IMG/VR virus record: IMGVR_UViG_3300043418_000182
DNA from: an uncultured virus (IMG/VR IMGVR_UViG_3300043418_000182)
Taxonomy: Duplodnaviria > Heunggongvirae > Uroviricota > Caudoviricetes > Schitoviridae
Strand: one strand, 5' to 3'
DNA length: 64,000 nucleotides
Positions 20,901 to 27,984 of this stretch are shown piece by piece (the first letter of the stretch is position 1; each line of letters opens with the position of its first letter). Made by a program: the position numbers and the translations under genes. The notes under the pieces are model-generated. The model had not been told where the DNA came from, searched no databases, and worked only from the letters and a program-made list of their open reading frames with translations.

Positions 20901-23900
20901 GTTTCGTTCTTTGAAGCCAACCCACAGGCATCTGCTGGCCAGGTGATTGAGTTGCTGTCGGCACCAGGTCGACTGACGGCGATCAACCGCAAAATCTTGC
21001 AGCTGGTCAGCCGCACGGTAAGCCCTGATTTGTCGATCCGTTTTGTGACACCTGAGACCGCTGAGTCCATGGTGTTGGACAAACCAACTACCAACGCGCG
21101 CGGCTGGTATGTGATCAAGAACGGTGCCGAAGAAATCTACGTGCTCAGCCCTGCGTTTGTGCATTCTGGTTTGACTTCCGAAACCTTGCTCCATGAACTG
21201 GTGCATGCAGCGATCGCCAAAGCTATCGACAGTCCTACGGCTGCGGCCAAAGAACTGATTGCTGAGCTGGAGGCTTTGCGCGTTCAAGCCCAGGAATATG
21301 CTCAAGCTGCTGGCTTGAACCAGTTTGCTGATGCACTGGCCGATGTCCAGGAGTTTGCTGCCTGGGGCATGACCAACTTCGAACTGCAGCGAGATGTGTT
21401 GTCTAAGATCACTTTCAAGTCCACCACAGGTGGCAACAAGTTGATCACCGGCATGCAAAAGTTCATCAGCACTTTGACCCAGTTGTTGTTCAAAAAGCCT
21501 GACCAGAACATTGACAACGGTTTGTCTGTGTTGGTCAGCAACGTTTCTGGCTTGTTCTACCAAGCAGCCCAGACCGAGAAGGAATCCAAAGGCAACCTGA
21601 ACCTGGCCATGTCGGCAGATTCCGCAATCGACGCTTACACCACGTTGGACATTCACAACGCATTGGATAACGGGGCTTTGGAGCCATCGTTCAAGGAACA
21701 CCTGGCCAACTTACTCGGAGGCATCGTTGAGCGTCTCCACGGCCCGTTTGGTGCCTTGGCGGCCCAGATGCGCAAGACCGAAGCCGGCAACCCTCTGGCT
21801 GTGTGGCTCAAAGCCATGGAAACAGGCAAGGCACCGTTTGCTTCGGCGATCGTGGCCAGCGGTTTGGCCGGTAGTGCGCAAGAAGACTTTGCCATGCAAC
21901 AGATCGAAGCCACGGTCAAAGCAGCTTTGGAAGGCAACGAAGCCATGGCCAAGATGGCCTACAAACAGCTTGCTGAGTTGTACAAAGAAGCCCGAGCCAA
22001 GCTCAAGCCATCTGACTTTGCCTCGCAAGCAGACTATGACTTTGTGTTCAAGCTGGAAGCAGACAGCGGTGACCGTTCAGATTACCTGGCTCGCTTTGCT
22101 GCGCTAGGGTTGGGCAACCAGAAAGTCAACAGCTTGTTGAAGTTCAACACCCAGGTTAATACCAGCCGATTTGGTGAGGGTCAAACCCTAACCGAGCGTT
22201 TGGAAAACATCTTTGAAAAGATCGTGGCTTTCTTTGCTGAGAAGATCACCCATGCCTACGGTGGCCAACAGGCTGACCAGAAGTTGCTGGCTTTGGTGGA
22301 TCAATTGGTGGACATCGAGGCTCGCAAACGCCATAGCCTGAAGCTGCGCGCCGGTCAGACTAACTACCTGGCCCCAGTGGAAGAGGGTGTCAAAAAGGCG
22401 ACCGACGCTGCGCGAGCCAAGATTAGTGAACTGGCTGGCTCAGACTTGGTGCGCAAGAACAAGAATGCGTTTGTTCGTGCAGCAGGTGGCCTGGCCCGTA
22501 CCTATGCCAATGACCAGGTGGAATGGTTCCTGGAAGGTATCCAGCGCTTGCGTGACAAGGAGTTCAAAGGACGCCAAGGTATGGTGGCCAGTTTGGTGAC
22601 CGAGCTCAAAGGCCCATTGGACAAGTTCAATGCGTTGCTTCGTCAGACCAAGCATCTGGAACAACTGCGCAAAGGCATCATTACCCAGCAGGCTGCCTTG
22701 GCTTTGAAGATGTTCAAGGACGAAGGCAAGAACTTGAGCAAAGAAGCCAAGTCGGCTGTCTCTGCAGTGTTCTTGCGTACAGGCATGCACAACTTGTTGG
22801 AGCACTTCACCTCAGCCGAGATGGAGAACCTGTTGGGTAACTCCACTGCACTGGACATGTCCATTGATGCGTTTGAAAGCCAGTTGACTACTGGCATGAA
22901 GAACCTGTACATCGAGCAAGCCAACGCACTGGGCTTTTACAAGGCCACAGGCAAAGCTCGCTCACCGGTTTTGATGCTCAATGCTCACCTGATTGCTCGC
23001 ATGGCAGGCACTCAGTTGAAAGCTCAGGTTTCTGAGGAAGAAGCCACTCAAGCTGAACCAATCCTGTCGGTGCTGGTCACGCTTTATGCGTTGAAGTACT
23101 CCAGTCAAGAAGACCAGGCCGCAGCCAAAGAAGTGTTCCGTGATGAAAACAATCGCACGGATGGCAACGGTGTAGATTTTGTTTTGGCTTTGCACAAGAA
23201 GTTGGAAGCCGAATCATTAGAGCGCTTGTTCAAGGGCAACCCTGCTTTGATGATCCATGGTTACACCCCTGAAATTTTGAACCCGTACACCGCCATCAAG
23301 ATTGCTGATGCAGTAGATGGCCAAGATCTGGTGAACCAGGGCTACTCCAAAGGTGCCCAGGTGCCTAATGACTTGACTGACCCAGACAACACCACCAAGC
23401 ACATCTACGTGTTGCGTGACGGTGGCTTGGCACCGTGGTTGTCAGGGGTGTTCTCGCTGTCCAGCATGAAAGCCAAGGGCAGCAAAAAGCACAACGGCTA
23501 CCTGAACGTGAACAACCAACAAGGGTTGGAGAATGCTCAGTTGCAAGCCACCATTTCCAATGCAAAGCTGACCGCCTTGCAAGGTCGTCGAGATCCACGC
23601 CGTGATCTGTCAAAGCAAGATGGCAACCACATGGTTCCTGTCTTCAATGAAATGGGCGACATCGTGAACTGGCGCTACATGATGGCCGAGACCACCAAGA
23701 ACACTTTGCTGGAACGTGACAATCGTTTTGAAAATGTGTTGGGTGCTTTGTCTGGTTCGATCTTTGACAAAGCCACGTCACGCGAGCAGAACAAGGAAGC
23801 AATCCTTGCCTTGCGCGAACAGTATGAGCTGGAATATGCCACCCGGGCGGACTCTTACATCCTGGTGGGCGAACGCAGTACAGATCCCGAAATGCGTGCC

Positions 23901-25094
23901 ATTTGGAACCTGTTGCCAGAGAACACTCGACGTGATGCGCGCGCGATCTGGGGCCGCAATGGCATGATGGTGCGCAGCGATTCACTGGACTTGATGTTTG
24001 GTTACCGCAAAGTCAGCTTGGCCGCCATGTTCCAGAAAGACCCTGATGCACGAAACAAGCTGGAAAGCCTGTTTGTGGGGGTCATGGAAACGGTGCTGGC
24101 CAACTACGCTGGCTACAAGCATGGTCTGTCTCCGGCCGACGCTCAGGCCTATGCAAAACGTGCAGCCGTCATGATCACCCGAGGCGAACGCGCATGGCAG
24201 GAGCTGGTGCACGAAGCCAAAGACATCATTGTGGTCAAGACTGGTTTTGTGATGCTGGGCAACATCTGGTCAAACTTGTCTTTGCTGGCCATGTCAGGGG
24301 TGTCGCTCAAGGACATCCTTCACCACCACCTGGTGGCCATGAAAGGTGCCACGGCTTACCAGACAGACAGCAAGCGTTTGGCTGACCTGCAGACCATGCT
24401 GGAACTGGGCCACACCTTGGGCAACGAAGAGGAAATCAAACGCGAGATCGTCATGCTCAAAGATGCGATCGCCCGCAACCCAGTCAAGGAATTGATTGAT
24501 GCTGGTTTGATGCCTACCATTGTGGAAGACGTGGCAGCAGATGATGATCTGTACTCGTACAAAAGCCAGTTTGCGCGCAAGACAGAAAAGTACACCGACA
24601 AACTTAACCCAAAGGTTAAGGCAGCGGCTCGCTTTGTTTACATGGCGCATGACACTCAGATGTATCAGACCTTGAGCAAGATCACGCAGTTGTCTGACTT
24701 TGTGGCGCGCTACACGCTGTACCAGCACTTGATCAACAAGGCCAAAGACCCGTTGAGCAAAGCCGAAGCAATCCAACAAGCCAGCGATGCGTTTGTGAAC
24801 TACGACATCCCAATGCACCGTGGTTTGCAATTTAGCGATGACATGGGCATCACACCGTTCACCAAGTACTTCTTGCGCATTCAGCGTGTGCTGTTGAAGT
24901 TGACTCGTGAGAATCCTGCGCGTGTGTTCATGAGTGTTGCATTGAACAACTTTTTGGACTTAGGCCCCATCGTTCTAGACAGTTCGTTTGTGCACCACAT
25001 CGGCAACAACCCGATTCACAGTGGTGCCTTCCAATTGCCTGGGGCATTGGAGGAACTGGCTACGGTGCACGCAGCGATGGCCATGGTGAAATAA
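14919..25094 (+). CDS. virion-encapsidated RNA polymerase (N4 gp50-like)
   Basis: 3391 aa, no Cys seen. T7-family motifs: A EVDGVTNGP, B RNIIKTPLTAMVFGS, C NVHDA; NPQSSKIHR segment; HELVH in the C-terminal part. Confidence 0.95.
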   Translation: MATSDPRDYFNNRIAQELDRNALVGISDGYDQMQAASRQKILDLSQLKKQQEVAEAKMRESWVGKLGLNPDGVVGTAVNLGASAYSGVARGMGELTSLVPAVASWADENSVSEDEISAYNRKQQGIATPEDMALLTRKKAFYAERDTPEAKARAQEIADRNPEGLSALDLIERSKKMRTVSRDINEVFDNSSVVHQGNRDELTDDLGKSFQAAWDQTGLANTFSKDKEVGGIKDVISGVAKLLYNAGEAGITHPTATAEYISENLPQLVMGSAGKGGKLLMSASNASYAADNYQRGMQNYAAENNGELPSADKRMEMALWAASTAVAEQVGEVGQLAAIGKVRKSIPVGEEAARLGFKQSLKNTAKATATGFGEEAATEGFQTYAEGEASLKPASAQDVYVGGVIGGLSGGGISGGGRAAAEALGATPEKVAKKVDDAKKSEDLNTAISTGDVTKFLDPKDPAYSPERAVQALYGHSKLPETSEETKQASLKKATEIVADLEEQKAKEQTYYDAVSPAMVENLKALLGKAQAAGNQEVVAGIQEELASIENDTTTAPRLEAKLARIDRQLTAAQEALANFHEESQARDLDVTAEVAHINGADSVASQESADRVINLSMAIPERLDTAVATSLAENTNNALTAPQRAYLRAFSAARAAENLLKDMGKVSQEIYHGGKGMVGIQQYRASVAAALSAGNKSAADTQIAQLSKFVGDHQAKATVSARALKQFETSGLPVQVISDGKRGWAINMGEQLPAAELRKQGGVLVDEKSSKLVDSFKTEADALSKAEAELRAAYDIKFNTTSEVKNVKDVSKTPARSEESTDRAQTQAKTESSTAKDGGTAGERSTNADVQSSENAGVAKSAEKAPASSVTTAENQEQLQSTEAAQDTATAPVEESGKLSTLQQTSPEGTAFNLRNLVADYFTQSAGKESDATTRPLVEVKNFLTQTAKSAVDFLQDKTLSGAQQQVLQLFKTKASAWQATIQKNLSLRKREFWYTDMMDFLVQESEGNLDLEENVKTAMSYAAFSWIAENAGRSMYNTDAEIRAILDRDEDHIVSRQERNALGLVGLRQNVIANSLGQRAVQALGLKENKDAPKNLMPRLEGALGAHIMKMMLDQGMLKRTEISGKEMAAMTGKKDTNSSASFQFISLVRDEQGNPNAQAKEIMEASKGTQGMMDKLFSVEASLKAPTFEPVKFTQTNTRNTDQKVPENQAKIIEHENQVPNFVRQDMWQLITQLSDSVREAIAGVEEVSEHTHVVNKASVQAKNDGLKRELERFVEFVSGMDDIEAAMYFEHSVWKQQRVGISTNVINPQSSKIHRFMLYRNAWTTKVDMANDAQMDNFRLRVLEGLGVKTDKQSNQTSLAGYQAMVNQPAIADAVEVLRKSVFEGGITAEEQQVLVAGVKAGKQKFHSLDALMALAHEAQAMKEGKDSFTVQMMGEVDGVTNGPMLSHLMLGASETVEGLFGLLNRGGFFEKTNDQTQYNQWREQPGHLDLYENTALHMTQAVQAMLDKDSKLGVTLGAIYAFTGTLADKDGSVAKAGRNIIKTPLTAMVFGSSVTSAVDSMANGFVESIYAAIEDVSAGKGDVKHVIDNINVLLMMGKGPTINQMSIEQLMKTELSNEQVNALKKSFKDTLGKAVAETMKTDFNTFIEQRKEFNEAAQLSFEIYNAAYQGLRDAYVAELIKSGDLATDSKGRPIHDLTTGQEMELKNRVRKLDPLMHTLMSKESGSLSAGLHVSKSDRKLSARTTYEGEIKFGSKFADNGASSTTTRGYEIVETAPGVAMMVLSAHSADSAVSHTALDGNEVLNVHDAHGTGLKDFEQTARNLNKATWNTMLNYSPANEIAQTLSRVVVGLAGLMEQGDVPAQVIANLKTVLGETSLAAALTQAKDLAFKADNMRLEALGLMGSVDQYALEGGNYQVTEGNRAEAQAKRAALSKELSSDEAAALVQIASSLGQASTADAAPASPAPRTATVETAFGKVGTPNIQSEGDLVSFFEANPQASAGQVIELLSAPGRLTAINRKILQLVSRTVSPDLSIRFVTPETAESMVLDKPTTNARGWYVIKNGAEEIYVLSPAFVHSGLTSETLLHELVHAAIAKAIDSPTAAAKELIAELEALRVQAQEYAQAAGLNQFADALADVQEFAAWGMTNFELQRDVLSKITFKSTTGGNKLITGMQKFISTLTQLLFKKPDQNIDNGLSVLVSNVSGLFYQAAQTEKESKGNLNLAMSADSAIDAYTTLDIHNALDNGALEPSFKEHLANLLGGIVERLHGPFGALAAQMRKTEAGNPLAVWLKAMETGKAPFASAIVASGLAGSAQEDFAMQQIEATVKAALEGNEAMAKMAYKQLAELYKEARAKLKPSDFASQADYDFVFKLEADSGDRSDYLARFAALGLGNQKVNSLLKFNTQVNTSRFGEGQTLTERLENIFEKIVAFFAEKITHAYGGQQADQKLLALVDQLVDIEARKRHSLKLRAGQTNYLAPVEEGVKKATDAARAKISELAGSDLVRKNKNAFVRAAGGLARTYANDQVEWFLEGIQRLRDKEFKGRQGMVASLVTELKGPLDKFNALLRQTKHLEQLRKGIITQQAALALKMFKDEGKNLSKEAKSAVSAVFLRTGMHNLLEHFTSAEMENLLGNSTALDMSIDAFESQLTTGMKNLYIEQANALGFYKATGKARSPVLMLNAHLIARMAGTQLKAQVSEEEATQAEPILSVLVTLYALKYSSQEDQAAAKEVFRDENNRTDGNGVDFVLALHKKLEAESLERLFKGNPALMIHGYTPEILNPYTAIKIADAVDGQDLVNQGYSKGAQVPNDLTDPDNTTKHIYVLRDGGLAPWLSGVFSLSSMKAKGSKKHNGYLNVNNQQGLENAQLQATISNAKLTALQGRRDPRRDLSKQDGNHMVPVFNEMGDIVNWRYMMAETTKNTLLERDNRFENVLGALSGSIFDKATSREQNKEAILALREQYELEYATRADSYILVGERSTDPEMRAIWNLLPENTRRDARAIWGRNGMMVRSDSLDLMFGYRKVSLAAMFQKDPDARNKLESLFVGVMETVLANYAGYKHGLSPADAQAYAKRAAVMITRGERAWQELVHEAKDIIVVKTGFVMLGNIWSNLSLLAMSGVSLKDILHHHLVAMKGATAYQTDSKRLADLQTMLELGHTLGNEEEIKREIVMLKDAIARNPVKELIDAGLMPTIVEDVAADDDLYSYKSQFARKTEKYTDKLNPKVKAAARFVYMAHDTQMYQTLSKITQLSDFVARYTLYQHLINKAKDPLSKAEAIQQASDAFVNYDIPMHRGLQFSDDMGITPFTKYFLRIQRVLLKLTRENPARVFMSVALNNFLDLGPIVLDSSFVHHIGNNPIHSGAFQLPGALEELATVHAAMAMVK

Positions 25095-25164
25095 CTCTCA
25101 AGGGTGGGAACGGGTGGCAGGGTTGCCACTCTATCGCCGGATAATCCGTCCCCACTCTTGAAAG
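25095..25164 (-). ncRNA. putative structured RNA, three-way junction
   Basis: On the - strand a 19-bp outer stem (2 G-U, 1 mismatch) encloses hairpins TTATC-CGGC-GATAG and GTGGCA-ACCC-TGCCAC. Confidence 0.55.
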
Positions 25165-25165
25165 T

Positions 25166-25340
25166 CCTCGTCTCTCCGAGGTGTCACGCCGTTCTGCTGG
25201 ACTTCTGACTCCAGGCGTTCTCATGTCGCACATTACAAACAATCCAGCTTGTGCGGCACCCCGTATCTTGGGCCGACAAGTCACAGGCGAACCTGCGAGA
25301 GTAATTCTGTGATGGTGGTTCCGGTCTTTCCCGGATGTCA
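25166..25340 (-). repeat. two copies of a TGACA-N4-GGARAGAC-N4' hairpin motif (25166-25186 and 25320-25340)
   Basis: TGACA-CCTC-GGAGAGAC-GAGG versus TGACA-TCCG-GGAAAGAC-CGGA: conserved flank and loop, covarying stems. Confidence 0.7.
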
Positions 25341-25384
25341 TGTCATTGCTCCCAGAGTTAGCCACATTGCTGTGACCCCAATCA

Positions 25385-25447
25385 TTGGGAATCGAACCCA
25401 ACTCCCGTCCTACCAAGCCTCGACAAGCGATCAGGAATCGAACCTGA
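25385..25447 (-). ncRNA. two tRNA-like T-arm hairpins outside a canonical tRNA
   Basis: TCAGG-TTCGATT-CCTGA (25431-25447) and TTGGG-TTCGATT-CCCAA (25385-25401); no D/anticodon arms or CCA. Confidence 0.6.
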
Positions 25448-25455
25448 ACTTTAGG

Positions 25456-25518
25456 TGATGGCTACTAGCTCTACGGCCTGTTATGGGCTTTCAACCTACG
25501 CTACTGCGTTCACCATCA
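25456..25518 (-). ncRNA. putative structured RNA with GAA/AGUA (loop E-like) internal motif
   Basis: TGATGGT-GAA...AGTA-GCCATCA closing stem. Confidence 0.45.
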
Positions 25519-25521
25519 GAA

Positions 25522-25611
25522 CTGGGGACTGCTCACATAAAGCAGTGTAGGGAAGGAGTCTCATGGCTGTTCGCAATGAAACAACGGCGCTGACCCGTTG
25601 CCAGTCCCCAG
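25522..25611 (-). ncRNA. C4/c4-2-like antisense RNA candidate
   Basis: CTGGGGA/TCCCCAG outer stem with hairpins CAACGG-GTCAGCG-CCGTTG and CTGCT-TTATGTG-AGCAG; resemblance to phage C4 RNAs is from memory. Confidence 0.5.
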
Positions 25612-25686
25612 ATCTAATGGTGGTGCCTTACGGGCACCAGTCGGTCTTGATTTTATTACCCGCCACACAAGACTTGGCGGGTGACT

Positions 25687-25992
25687 TCACTTGACGAGAA
25701 GTTCGTCCAGTGTTTTACCCGACGCTACGTGATCTTCAACCCATTTGGGTTTTCGTCCCAGTCCAGACCAGGTCTGTTGACCTAGCTTGTACCGTGCAGC
25801 TTTCTTTGGTTTACCGCTGGGGATGTACTTACTGACCTCATCAAAAATGAGATCCCGAGAACGTATTCCGTAGGTTCGGATCATCAGATTGATGTTCTCG
25901 ATTGCCTCGAATTTCTCGGTAGCCAGCAGGTCGTCGCGTTCCTTTTGCAAGGCCTCGATTTTCTGTTGGAGTTCAGTAAGCTTGTCAGCCAT
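25687..25992 (-). CDS. hns: H-NS family nucleoid-associated protein (Bv3F/betaproteobacterial type)
   Basis: N-terminal coiled coil plus C-terminal RY...TWSGLGRKPKW DNA-binding motif; start reassigned to MADKL at 25992. Confidence 0.9.
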   Translation of the reverse strand: MADKLTELQQKIEALQKERDDLLATEKFEAIENINLMIRTYGIRSRDLIFDEVSKYIPSGKPKKAARYKLGQQTWSGLGRKPKWVEDHVASGKTLDELLVK

Positions 25993-26035
25993 CAGTGGTT
26001 TTCCTTTAGATTTAGGGGGGTCATGAAAGAGAGCG

Positions 26036-26260
26036 TCAACTCGTTTTTCGTTCTCTTTCTTGTTCGCCTGTTTCAAGGCGATCTGGTTCGGCTTCACAGT
26101 ATTCCTTTATGCAGTAAGCCACAAAACCTACCACAATCGCACCATAGAAGAGAAGCCCTGCTATGGCAACGATTGCTGCAATCAGAGTACTTAGAGCGCC
26201 CAGTACAGATACCACCAGAACTGCAGCCACTACGTAGCCAAGTCCCTTTAGAACGCCCAT
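26036..26260 (-). CDS. small membrane protein
   Basis: Two long hydrophobic segments; in the - strand operon. Confidence 0.6.
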   Translation of the reverse strand: MGVLKGLGYVVAAVLVVSVLGALSTLIAAIVAIAGLLFYGAIVVGFVAYCIKEYCEAEPDRLETGEQERERKTS

Positions 26261-26272
26261 ACCACCGACCTG

Positions 26273-26629
26273 TTAGTTAAACAGGCTGGTTGTCTTTGGA
26301 GCAGGTTCTTCAGGCTGCTCATCAGCAGTTTCAGCTTGCGCTTGGGCTACTGGTTCAGCCACCGCTTCAGTAGCAATGGCTGCTTTGGCCACAGTTGGAA
26401 CCACTTTCAACGCTGGAGCGTCGGAAGCTTTTACAGCTTCTTCCACTTCTTCGTCGGTGAAGCCAGGGATGCTGACATCTTCGATCGACACGTCGGCAAT
26501 GATGCCTGCTTCCTTGCGGCCAGCTGTGAACGTGATGTTCACGTCTTTGCCAGCCAGGTTGATACCTTGAGCGGTGATGAACTGCTTCAGTGCAGCGATG
26601 ATTTCAGTTTGTTTAAGCTGAACTTGCAT
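26273..26629 (-). CDS. conserved N4-like hypothetical protein
   Basis: MQVQLKQTEI...FTAGRK..G motif and C-terminal SLF, as seen downstream of the resolvase in N4-like phages. Confidence 0.7.
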   Translation of the reverse strand: MQVQLKQTEIIAALKQFITAQGINLAGKDVNITFTAGRKEAGIIADVSIEDVSIPGFTDEEVEEAVKASDAPALKVVPTVAKAAIATEAVAEPVAQAQAETADEQPEEPAPKTTSLFN

Positions 26630-27222
26630 TATTTTCCTTGAGGGGTTACTGCCAAGAACGGCAACATTTGTTTGAACTGGTTGCAGGACAAGCCTGCGTA
26701 AATAGCAGCGATGGCATCAGCCATGTGTTCGGCTTTCGCTTCACTGACCATGACGGTGCCGTTCTGCTTGTAAGTTGGCCAATTGGCTTCAGGATGTGTT
26801 GCCATGGCCCACTGGATCATGTCTTGCTTACTGGCTGTCTTGTTACCTACGCTTGCAAGTTTGACCTCGGTTGGGGTCACCTCGAAGAAGGGAATACCGT
26901 TCGCTCTTAATGCCCCAAGAACACCCACACAGATACCATAGGATGCCATGGCGCGGGCAGATTGACTGCCAACGGGGACTTCCACAAATACTGCATGAGC
27001 GTCAATGGTTGCATCAGACGCACCTTTGTACAACTGGAGGGCGGACTCTAGATCGCTACTGTTCTGACGAACTTGCTTGCCTTTTGGGAGTACCGGGTTT
27101 GTGAGATCCAAGTAGTCAATCGTGAGTTTTTTGGTTTCCAGGTTCAGGTGACCTACAGCAAGACCCCAGTTTCTAAGGCTGGGATCCTGGCCCACTACCT
27201 TAATGAGCCGTTGCTGGCTCAT
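26629..27222 (-). CDS. RuvC-like Holliday junction resolvase (N4 gp46-like)
   Basis: VVGQDPSLRNWG, VFVEVP, EVTPTEVK and EHMADA acidic RuvC-type motifs. Confidence 0.85.
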   Translation of the reverse strand: MSQQRLIKVVGQDPSLRNWGLAVGHLNLETKKLTIDYLDLTNPVLPKGKQVRQNSSDLESALQLYKGASDATIDAHAVFVEVPVGSQSARAMASYGICVGVLGALRANGIPFFEVTPTEVKLASVGNKTASKQDMIQWAMATHPEANWPTYKQNGTVMVSEAKAEHMADAIAAIYAGLSCNQFKQMLPFLAVTPQGK

Positions 27223-27502
27223 CGGTATTTTGTGGTTCAACAGGCTCTGCCATGAAAGGCAAAGTGCCCACTTCGATCAAAGCCAAAGCCAAGCCCATCT
27301 GGTAACCCTTGAGGACATCACCGGAAAGCATCGTAGGGGGTTCGTCACTAAACGAGACCTCAGTGCCTTCTGGGATAGACATCATGTGTTCCAGAGTCTT
27401 GATCTTGTTCTCATGCCATGCAAAGAGCAAGGCAATGAAATGATCGATATTTTCTACGTACAGAGTCTCTGCCGCAGCTTCAGGTTTTGGTTGGTCAATC
27501 AC
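27200..27502 (-). CDS. hypothetical protein
   Basis: 100-aa ORF coupled to its neighbours; ELGxLPF-like C-terminus. Confidence 0.65.
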   Translation of the reverse strand: MIDQPKPEAAAETLYVENIDHFIALLFAWHENKIKTLEHMMSIPEGTEVSFSDEPPTMLSGDVLKGYQMGLALALIEVGTLPFMAEPVEPQNTDEPATAH

Positions 27503-27984
27503 AGGATGCTCCAGTCTTCAGCCAGGACATCGGTCTGACTTGCTGTCCAGACTTGGATGTCGTTTTGCACAGTCTTCATGGCAATGTACGCACGGTAGGG
27601 AACCAACGAGTTTTCACCAAAGAAGCTCATGGCCGCTTTGGTTTTCACTGGGTAGTAATCTGCCGGTACGTGATACAGGAACATGCCCTTGCCGTTCCAA
27701 CCAGCTCGAGCAATCTTGGCACCACGCTTGCATGCTTCAACAGCCAGACCAAAGGTCAAGCCAGTTGTTGCACGGTAGGCGTTGTTGAAGACTTTGAGTG
27801 GGGACCAGCTGACGTAGCCTGGGTAGTCCGTGGTGTTGGCCTTGCCACCATCCAAGTACTCCACCAGCATGCCTGCATCGTCACCGTTTTCGTCAGCTGG
27901 GAGTTCCCAGCCTCGGAAAGCGTTGTACTCTGCACGGGTCATTGGTTTTGCGTTGATGACCTTGACGCCGATGAACTGTTTCAT
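27499..27984 (-). CDS. DUF2829 / Tad2-like protein with extra N-terminal domain
   Basis: C-terminal TFGLAVEACKRGAKIARAGWNGKGMFL...WTASQTDVLAEDW matches DUF2829; N-terminal domain FIGVK...YVSWSP..VF..AY. Start at 27984 (ATGA overlap). Confidence 0.85.
   Translation of the reverse strand: MKQFIGVKVINAKPMTRAEYNAFRGWELPADENGDDAGMLVEYLDGGKANTTDYPGYVSWSPLKVFNNAYRATTGLTFGLAVEACKRGAKIARAGWNGKGMFLYHVPADYYPVKTKAAMSFFGENSLVPYRAYIAMKTVQNDIQVWTASQTDVLAEDWSIL

Noticed and set aside
4272..24830. Long antisense ORFs opposite portal, gp51 and vRNAP (e.g. 4272-5288, 13628-14641, 20559-21701)
   Set aside because: Shadow frames produced by the codon bias of the real + strand genes; no motifs or RBS.
14919..25094. 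Absence of cysteine in vRNAP and ejection proteins
   Set aside because: Appears real, but it is a known property of N4 vRNAP and is not novel.
25375..25450. Canonical tRNA genes or tmRNA
   Set aside because: Only T-arms are present. There is no cloverleaf, CCA end or tag reading frame that I could identify.
25060..25458. ORFs 25060-25416 (-) and 25249-25458 (+) in the intergenic gap
   Set aside because: No RBS, atypical composition, and they overlap strongly paired RNA elements; one also overlaps the vRNAP end.
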